Shown piece after piece: positions 57,306-64,000 of a DNA stretch of 64,000 bases (position 1 is the first letter of the stretch; every line of letters starts with the position of its first letter). Position numbers and translations under genes: made by a program. The notes under the pieces were generated by a model, which was not told where the DNA came from, did not search any database, and saw only the letters and a list, made by a program, of their open reading frames with translations. Origin of the DNA: Planctomycetota bacterium (lineage in GTDB: Bacteria > Planctomycetota > B15-G4); the NCBI GenBank assembly GCA_965248575.1, contig CBDFJQ010000002.1:4032001-4096000 (forward strand), given 5' to 3'.

Positions 57306-58304
57306 GTGGCCGACCCGCAGCCCGTATTCCAAGACGATCAGGCCCTTCCTCCGGACCTGCCTGAGACACTCCTCGACGAGGAGCCCAGGCAGGAACCGCC
57401 CGGGTCGTTCCTCTCGGCGCTGCCCCAGTTCTTCGTTTTCCCGGCCATCCTCGTCCTGACCCTGACCGCGGTTTATCTGCTCCTGAGGGTTCTGGCGGGC
57501 AGCACCCCCGACAATGTGCCGGAACTCCTGGCGGATCTGGAGGCTGCGGGGCCCAAGGGCCGCTGGCAGGTGCTCAACTCCCTGGCCACCGGGCTGGGCA
57601 ACGGCAGCCTGAACCTGGACGAGGTGTCCGCGGACGAGCTGGAGCGTCTGTATTCCAAGTACGAGAGGGAGGGCAGCAGCCCTGCCGAACGGGCGCGCAT
57701 GTCCGAGTACCTGCTGCGCGTCGTGGCCCGCAAGCAGGACCCGCGCTTCACCGGCAAGGCGCTCGAGGCCCTGGCCTCCAGCGATCAGGCCCTGAGCCAA
57801 GCGGGTTTCGAGGCCCTGGGCCTCTTGGGAGACCCGGCTGCCGTGCCGGCGCTGCTTAACCGACTGAGGGGCAGCGACCCCAACCAGAGGCTGCTGGCTT
57901 TGGGCGCTCTGTCGCAAATTGACGACCCAGAGGCGCTTTCGGCGCTTTCGGAGAGCCTGCGCTCCGAGGACTCTGTGGTCGCGCGAAACGCCGTCTTGCT
58001 GCTGGCTCGGGCGCCACACCAGGATGCTTCGGTGAAGCCCTTCCTGCTGCGCATGCTCAATCGCCAGGGCTACGCAGACGACCCCACCCTCGACGGCCCG
58101 CTGCGGGAGCTGATGGATGACGCCTCCCGGGAAGCGGCCCGAGATCACGCCGTGAACGTCTTTCTCGTCATGGCCTGCCAGGCCGCCTCGGAGCTCGGCG
58201 ACCTGGATGCCGTGCCGCCGCTCGAGAACTTGCGTGAGGCGGACCCCTCTTTGAAAGTAAGATCCGCCGCCATCGATGCCCTGCATGAGCTGGGCTCGTC
58301 CTGA
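57306..58304 (+). CDS. Membrane-anchored HEAT-repeat protein
   Basis: One TM (FFVFPAILVLTLTAVYLLL); repeats ALGLLGDPAAVPALL, ALSQIDDPEALSAL, ELGDLDAVPPL; start uncertain (57255 or 57306). Confidence 0.75.
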   Translation: MADPQPVFQDDQALPPDLPETLLDEEPRQEPPGSFLSALPQFFVFPAILVLTLTAVYLLLRVLAGSTPDNVPELLADLEAAGPKGRWQVLNSLATGLGNGSLNLDEVSADELERLYSKYEREGSSPAERARMSEYLLRVVARKQDPRFTGKALEALASSDQALSQAGFEALGLLGDPAAVPALLNRLRGSDPNQRLLALGALSQIDDPEALSALSESLRSEDSVVARNAVLLLARAPHQDASVKPFLLRMLNRQGYADDPTLDGPLRELMDDASREAARDHAVNVFLVMACQAASELGDLDAVPPLENLREADPSLKVRSAAIDALHELGSS

Positions 58305-58316
58305 TAGAGACCTGAT

Positions 58317-58889
58317 ATGGCCACTTCTGATTCCTCCCAGCGCGCGATCACGCAGCAGAACCCGTCTCGGGACCCCCGGGGTCCGACGCGGCGTTCAGCT
58401 GTCGGGCAGCTACTCGCAGGCTGGTCGCTCTTCGGCATGGCCGCCAGCGTCGGCTTGCTCGGCTGCGTCCGCTTCCTGTTCCCGAATGTGCTCTACGAGC
58501 CGCCGGCAACGTTCAAGGCGGGGCCGCCCTCAAACTTCGGTGTGGGTGTGGACGAGACCTTCAAGAACACCAACTCCACCTGGCTGGTGCGCACGGAGTC
58601 CGACCCGCTCTCGGGTCGCGACGGCATCGCCGGCATGTTCGCCCTGAGCACCACCTGCACGCACTTGGGGTGCATCCCCAACTGGCAGGCGGCGGACAAC
58701 AAGTTCAAGTGCCCCTGTCACGGCAGCGGCTTCCGCCCGAGCGGCATGAACTTTGAAGGCCCTGCTCCCCGCCCGCTCGAGCGCTGGCGCGTCGTGCTCG
58801 ACGAAGGCGAGTTGATCGTCGACAAGAACCAGAAGTACCAGTGGGAGAAGGGTCAGTGGGTGAACCCCGAATCCTTCGTCGCGGTCTGA
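58317..58889 (+). CDS. Rieske [2Fe-2S] subunit of a Rieske/cytochrome b complex
   Basis: Tat-like TRRS plus TM; CTHLGC and CPCHGS; GPAPRPL. Confidence 0.95.
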   Translation: MATSDSSQRAITQQNPSRDPRGPTRRSAVGQLLAGWSLFGMAASVGLLGCVRFLFPNVLYEPPATFKAGPPSNFGVGVDETFKNTNSTWLVRTESDPLSGRDGIAGMFALSTTCTHLGCIPNWQAADNKFKCPCHGSGFRPSGMNFEGPAPRPLERWRVVLDEGELIVDKNQKYQWEKGQWVNPESFVAV

Positions 58890-58950
58890 TGCAGGCGCGC
58901 CACGACCAGTCCCCGAACACCGAACACCGCACCGATTACGGAGCTCAGCG

Positions 58951-59724
58951 TTGACCCTCTTGAAGAAGATCGCGGAGACGCAGGTCTGGAGGTCGATCTT
59001 CCGGCACGGCTATCCCAACACCCCGCGAAACCGGGCTCTGGCCGCACTGTCGAACATCTTCCTCCATCTCCACCCAGTGAAGGCTCGCAAGAGTGGCATC
59101 CGCCTCTCCTTTACCTGGTGCATGGGCGGGATCACGTTCTTCCTGTTCCTGCTGGAGACGATCACAGGCGTGTTGTTGATGTTCTACTACCGCCCGACGA
59201 TCGAGTACGCCTACAACGACATCATCGCGCTGCGCGAACACGTGCCGCTCGGGATCATGCGCGAGCTGCACAGATGGGGCGCCCACATGATGGTGCTCAC
59301 CGTGTGGCTGCATATGCTGCGGGTGTTCCTCACGGGCAGCTACAAGCCGCCGCGCGAGTTCAACTGGAACATTGGCGTCATCCTGCTCTTGTTGACGTTG
59401 CTGCTTTCGTTCACGGGGTATCTGCTTCCCTGGGACCAGTTGGCCATCTGGGCCATCACGGTCGGTAGCAACATGGCTCGCGCCCACCCGGTCATTGGTC
59501 ACGAAGGTCCTGGCGCAAGCCTGTTGGCCGTCGGCGACGTGAACCTGGTGACGCCGGCTAGTGACATCCGCTTCGGCCTCCTGGCCGGGCGCTTTGTCGG
59601 CGCAGCAGCCTTGCTGCGCTTCTACGTGCTCCATTGTGTGGCCCTGCCGCTTGCGGCCGGGTTGCTGATGGCGATTCACTTCTGGCGCGTCCGCAAGGAC
59701 GGCGGCATCTCGGGCCCGATGTAA
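58951..59724 (+). CDS. Cytochrome b6-like (split, N-terminal) subunit
   Basis: WCMGG, HRWGAH...[27 protein letters not shown]-x14-H, GISGPM. Confidence 0.95.
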   Translation: MTLLKKIAETQVWRSIFRHGYPNTPRNRALAALSNIFLHLHPVKARKSGIRLSFTWCMGGITFFLFLLETITGVLLMFYYRPTIEYAYNDIIALREHVPLGIMRELHRWGAHMMVLTVWLHMLRVFLTGSYKPPREFNWNIGVILLLLTLLLSFTGYLLPWDQLAIWAITVGSNMARAHPVIGHEGPGASLLAVGDVNLVTPASDIRFGLLAGRFVGAAALLRFYVLHCVALPLAAGLLMAIHFWRVRKDGGISGPM

Positions 59725-59735
59725 GGAACGCTCCC

Positions 59736-60815
59736 TTGGCAGCCTTCGAATCCTTCTTCAACTCGCTCGCGTCGCCGTCGCTGGTCATCATTATTTCGAC
59801 CGGCGTCTTCCTGCTGTATTTCTTCCGCATGCGGACGATGATGCAGCCGCGGGTTTCTTTCGGAATCATGGGCCTGACCGCGCTGTTCCTGGTCATCGGC
59901 TCGCAGAACCACGACTTCTTCAAGATCATCACGAAGGGCGACAACATGCCCATCGTGATCATGATCTTCTCGATCCTGTTCTTCCTCTGGCTTGCGTTCC
60001 GTCAAGCCACGTTGAACGACATGCGGATCGAACAGGGTCTCCCCCCCAACGAGGCGGCCGAGAGCAACAAGAAGGTGCTCGTCTGGCCTGACCTCGTGTA
60101 CCCCGAGTTCGTGGTGACGGTCGCGCTGGCTGCGGTCTTCATCATCTGGGGCGTGATGGTGGAGGCGCCCCTGGAAGAGGCCGCGAGTGGTACGCGTGCA
60201 CCCAACCCGGCCAAGGCGCCGTGGTACTTCCTGGGTCTCCAAGAGATGCTCGTGTACTTCGACCCGTGGCTGGCAGGCGTCGTCCTGCCGGGCATGATCG
60301 TCGTGGGTCTGATGGCGATTCCGTACATCGACACGAACCCGAAGGGCAACGGCTACTACACGCTCAAGGAGCGTCCGTTCGCCATCTTCATGTTCATGTT
60401 CGGCTTCCTGATCCTGTGGGTGGTGCTCGTGATCATGGGCACCTTCCTGCGCGGGCCGAACTGGAACTTCTTCGGGCCCTTCGAGTACTGGGATCCGCAC
60501 AAGATCGAAGCGCTCGTGAACGTGAACCTGTCCGAGTACTTCTGGGTCAGCATGCTGGACACGAAGCTGCCCGAGAATTCACTCATCAGGGAGGCGCCCG
60601 GCATCATCGGCATCCTCTTCTACATGCTCGTCGTGCCCGCGATCCTCGCGCGCACGGTGCTCAAGAAGTTCTTCCACCAGTTGGGTTTCGCGCGCTTCAG
60701 CATCCTCGTGCTGCTGCTCCTGATGATGGCTTCACTGCCCATCAAGATGTTCCTGCGCTGGACCATCAACCTGAAGTACCTGGTGGCCATCCCTGAGTGG
60801 TTCTTCAACATCTGA
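59736..60815 (+). CDS. Subunit IV-like (cytochrome b C-terminal) protein with additional TM helices
   Basis: TTG start after AAGGA; VWPDL, PNPAKAPWYFLGLQE, PYID. Confidence 0.85.
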   Translation: MAAFESFFNSLASPSLVIIISTGVFLLYFFRMRTMMQPRVSFGIMGLTALFLVIGSQNHDFFKIITKGDNMPIVIMIFSILFFLWLAFRQATLNDMRIEQGLPPNEAAESNKKVLVWPDLVYPEFVVTVALAAVFIIWGVMVEAPLEEAASGTRAPNPAKAPWYFLGLQEMLVYFDPWLAGVVLPGMIVVGLMAIPYIDTNPKGNGYYTLKERPFAIFMFMFGFLILWVVLVIMGTFLRGPNWNFFGPFEYWDPHKIEALVNVNLSEYFWVSMLDTKLPENSLIREAPGIIGILFYMLVVPAILARTVLKKFFHQLGFARFSILVLLLLMMASLPIKMFLRWTINLKYLVAIPEWFFNI

Positions 60816-60877
60816 AGCCTGCGGGGCGCCTGTTCGAGGAGCCTCGTTCCCTCCGTAGTGACTGACGGTAAGCCGAT

Positions 60878-63800
60878 ATGAGCGACAACAAGGACATCAG
60901 CCCGGAGATGGCCGCCAAGATCGCGGCCATCAAGGCGCGCATGCAAGGTGGCGGTGGTGGTGCTGACAGCGGCGAAGCCGCAGCACCCAAGGACGCCCCC
61001 GCCGAGGCGGCGGCTGCACCCGCGGACCCCGCCGACGCCAAGGCAGCGCAGATGGCAGCCATCAAGGCCCGCCTGGCCGGTGGCAAGGCCGCTGGCGGTG
61101 GGGCGGCCAAGAAGGCTGCAGGCGCCGACGACGCAGGCGCTTCCGGTGGCGAGGCCGCTGCGGGCGACGACATGCAGGCTCGCATCGCCGCGCTCAAGGC
61201 CAAGGTCGACTTGGGCAAGGGCAAGGACGCGCCCGCCGCTGCGGCGGCCGCCAAGCCGGCAGCCAAGAAAAAGGGCGGCAAGAACGTCTACCCCGTGCAG
61301 CCCATCAACAAGACGGGTTTCGGCGACGACCGGCTCTACAGCGACACTTCCGTCAGCAAGGTGTTCATCCTCAGCAGCCTCGTGCTCACGGTGTCCGTGT
61401 TCATGATGTGGGGGCGCGACCACATTCGTGACTGGAAGCAGTATCAGAGCGCCCACCGGGAGCGCCAGATCGAGCGCTTGACGGCCGAGATCGAGGCCGC
61501 CGACGCGGCCGTGGACTCGGGGAGCCTCGCCGACCTGGACTCCCGCCTGGCTGCGGCCGAAGCCGCCCTCGAGGGCAATGAGGACAAGCGCGAAGAGCTG
61601 CAGGCCGAGGTGGACCGCCGCGACGGCACTTACTACGGCGCCAATCAGAAGTTCCAGATCGCGAAGTCCGAGTTCGACGCGGTGCGCTACGCCTTCGAGG
61701 AGTACCGCCTCGCCCACGGTGACGACGACGAGCTGCTGGCCGAGAGCCGCGCGGACATCCGCCAGAACAGCGAAGAGGTCGACGCCCTGCGCCTGGCCGC
61801 GGACAACGCGAACAACGAGTTCCTGAAAGCCAAGCAAACTCTCGCGTCACTCAGCTCCGACATCACGACGCTGGGTCGCGAGCGCGACGCGCTGGTGGAG
61901 TCGAAGTCCAGGCTCGAGGGGACCCTGGGCAAGATCGACCGCGGCATCTTCAACGACTTCATCCGCAACGCGCCCGTGGCCGACATGCTGGCGCCGACCC
62001 TGAAGATCGACAAGATCGTGCTCGACAAGCTGCACGACAACTACAACTTCATGTACGTCGACAAGGTCGACATGTGCATCACCTGCCACGTGTCCATCGC
62101 CGACCCCTACTACAGCGATTGGGATCCCGACAACTCGAAGCAGAACGACAGCTTCACCGGGGAGCGCGTCCTGAACGCCCACCCGCGTCTCGATCTCTTC
62201 GTGGCAGACGACAGCCCGCACCCCATGGGTGATTTCGGCTGCACCACCTGTCACCAGGGTCGCGGCCAGGCCGTGGAGTTCGAGCGCACCTTCCACACCC
62301 CGGGCGCCGACCAGTGGGAGACGGCCGAAGAGAAGCAAGCGCGCTGGGTCGCGGACTACAACTACGACCCCGAGCGGCACTACTGGGACTGGCCCATGGC
62401 GCCGTCGGGTACGTACTACTCGTCCTGCTATCAGTGCCACACCGAGACCGATCGCATTCCGGGCGTGCCCGAGTACAACGAGTCGCGTGGGTTGGTGGAG
62501 GAGCTGGGCTGCTACGGCTGCCACAAGATCGACGGCTTCCAGCACTTGCGCAAGGCGGGCCCGGATCTCACGAACATCGCGGCGAAGACCAGCGAAGAGT
62601 GGTCCCAGAAGTGGGCCATCTCTCCCCGGGAATTCCGTCCGAGCACGCGCATGCCGCACTTCTGGAACCTGTCCAACGTGGGCGGCGAAGGGGACGAGCG
62701 GCAGGATCACGGTCGCCGTCACGAGAACAACTCGGACGACTTCGTGGACGATTGGCGCGCTCGCAATGACGTCGAGGCCCGGGCCGTGGTGGCCTACATC
62801 TTCGATCAGTCCCGCCAGGCCATGGCGGCGGATCGGGACGGCTGGCAGCCTCTGACGCCGCCCAGCGGTGATGGCGACCCCGACAACGGCCGCGATGTGT
62901 TTGAGCAGCGCGGCTGCCTCGGTTGCCACAGCGTGGAGACCGAAGACTGGCTCGCCAACGACCACGGCCCCGACCTCTCCCGCATCGGAAACAAGGTCGA
63001 GCCCAAGTGGCTGTACAGCTGGATCATGGACCCGAAGTCCTACTTCGAGACCACGGTCATGCCCGACCTGAGGCTCACGCCCCAGGAGGCCTGGGACATC
63101 ACCGCTTGGCTCTTGTCCCTCAAGAGCGATGAGTGGGCTGAGCTGGAAGCGCCCTCGTCGGACTCCGCCACGCTCAGCAGCATTGCCGTGGAGCAGCTCT
63201 CTGCTGTGGCCGGCGACGACTGGGCCAAGGAAGAGGTTGCTGCCATGCGCGCAGAGGGTGGCGAGAAGGCGGTCGAACTCTTCGTGGGTGAGAAGCTCTT
63301 CAGCCGCTTTGGCTGCGCGGGCTGCCACCTGGTTCCCGGGCACTACGACGATGTGGGCATTGGCACAGAGCTGACCAACGAGAGCCTCAAGGAGCTCTCG
63401 AAGTTCGACTTCGGTCACGAGGCGGCACACGCCAACCCAGAGGCCGTGGGTCACTCACGGCGTGCGTTCTACGAGCACAAGCTCGTCGACCCTCGGGTCT
63501 ACGATCGCATGCCGGTCGTGGTGTCGGATGCCGAAGGCGACGCGGCGGTCAGCCACTACGAGCAGAAGGTCAAGCGGCCGGGCGAGAAGCTGAAGATGCC
63601 GAACTTCGGTCTCGACGACCGGGAGGTTGGCTTGTTGGTTCAGTTCCTGATGGGTACCCGCGCCGACGGCATCGATGCCTCCATGATGCAGACCTTGGAC
63701 GCCGATGCGGCCATGATCGAAGAGGGCTCACGCCTGATCACGAAGTTCAACTGCATCGGCTGTCACCGCATGGGGCAGTTGCCCAAGGTGCTGGATCTTG

Positions 63801-64000
63801 CGAACACCGATTGGGACGAGCACCTGGCCAACGTGGAGACCGCCATCGAGCAGGGGCTGGACGACGGCCTCTGGTTGGCCGAGCCTCTGGTGGTGAATGG
63901 CACGACGCTGTTCAACAAGGGCGACTGGCTGCTCGACGAGTACTACAGCGAGGAGTTTGAGGAGGACGCCGACATCCTCGAGTTCTTCGAGGACGATCCG
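60878..64000 (+). CDS. Membrane-anchored multihaem cytochrome c (at least 7 CxxCH), 3'-truncated; not in ORF track
   Basis: ATG 60878; in-frame CITCH 62075, CTTCH 62240, CYQCH 62426, CYGCH 62510, CLGCH 62915, CAGCH 63314, CIGCH 63752; TM near 61361-61414. Confidence 0.9.
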   Translation, partial: MSDNKDISPEMAAKIAAIKARMQGGGGGADSGEAAAPKDAPAEAAAAPADPADAKAAQMAAIKARLAGGKAAGGGAAKKAAGADDAGASGGEAAAGDDMQARIAALKAKVDLGKGKDAPAAAAAAKPAAKKKGGKNVYPVQPINKTGFGDDRLYSDTSVSKVFILSSLVLTVSVFMMWGRDHIRDWKQYQSAHRERQIERLTAEIEAADAAVDSGSLADLDSRLAAAEAALEGNEDKREELQAEVDRRDGTYYGANQKFQIAKSEFDAVRYAFEEYRLAHGDDDELLAESRADIRQNSEEVDALRLAADNANNEFLKAKQTLASLSSDITTLGRERDALVESKSRLEGTLGKIDRGIFNDFIRNAPVADMLAPTLKIDKIVLDKLHDNYNFMYVDKVDMCITCHVSIADPYYSDWDPDNSKQNDSFTGERVLNAHPRLDLFVADDSPHPMGDFGCTTCHQGRGQAVEFERTFHTPGADQWETAEEKQARWVADYNYDPERHYWDWPMAPSGTYYSSCYQCHTETDRIPGVPEYNESRGLVEELGCYGCHKIDGFQHLRKAGPDLTNIAAKTSEEWSQKWAISPREFRPSTRMPHFWNLSNVGGEGDERQDHGRRHENNSDDFVDDWRARNDVEARAVVAYIFDQSRQAMAADRDGWQPLTPPSGDGDPDNGRDVFEQRGCLGCHSVETEDWLANDHGPDLSRIGNKVEPKWLYSWIMDPKSYFETTVMPDLRLTPQEAWDITAWLLSLKSDEWAELEAPSSDSATLSSIAVEQLSAVAGDDWAKEEVAAMRAEGGEKAVELFVGEKLFSRFGCAGCHLVPGHYDDVGIGTELTNESLKELSKFDFGHEAAHANPEAVGHSRRAFYEHKLVDPRVYDRMPVVVSDAEGDAAVSHYEQKVKRPGEKLKMPNFGLDDREVGLLVQFLMGTRADGIDASMMQTLDADAAMIEEGSRLITKFNCIGCHRMGQLPKVLDLANTDWDEHLANVETAIEQGLDDGLWLAEPLVVNGTTLFNKGDWLLDEYYSEEFEEDADILEFFEDDP

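Noticed and set aside
60787..60812. PEWF near the C-terminus of subunit IV as the Qo motif
   Set aside because: Wrong position; the Qo-equivalent is PNPAKAPWYF.
60620..63454. Long minus-strand ORFs (405 aa and 535 aa)
   Set aside because: Antisense shadows of the plus-strand multihaem cytochrome, which the track omitted because it has no stop in the window.
1..64000. tRNA, rRNA, transposase, integrase or prophage genes
   Set aside because: None recognised by eye; intergenic gaps are short and no large compositional shift was apparent.

Overview
A GC-rich bacterial chromosomal segment made up mostly of housekeeping, envelope and respiratory genes. The ECF sigma/Ser-Thr kinase pair, short histone-fold gene, FG-GAP and sulfatase-like proteins, and split cytochrome b with a multiheme cytochrome suggest Planctomycetota; this is an inference, not a search result. 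About 50 CDS are supported, including xseB (partial), hutH, hutU, nth, pdxST, queA, ligA, thiE, groES/groEL, a haem A/haem O/copper assembly operon, gltA and rfbC. There is also an ABC-PDZ-FG-GAP operon and a Rieske/cytochrome b/multiheme cytochrome c operon that runs off the right end. Two probable genes are missing from the ORF track: a SelW/Rdx-family selenoprotein with an in-frame UGA and SECIS-like hairpin (28486-28734), and the truncated cytochrome with at least 7 haem motifs (60878-end). Other highlights are a 60-aa bacterial histone with a structured leader, a consensus sigma-54 promoter before a response regulator-groESL operon, and a PspA-like/ECF/kinase module. There are also two gene fusions (CtaB-Sco; membrane protein-M1 peptidase) and a MauG-type dihaem enzyme. 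I found no tRNA, rRNA, CRISPR array or mobile element. All assignments come from motif recognition by eye; no searches were run.
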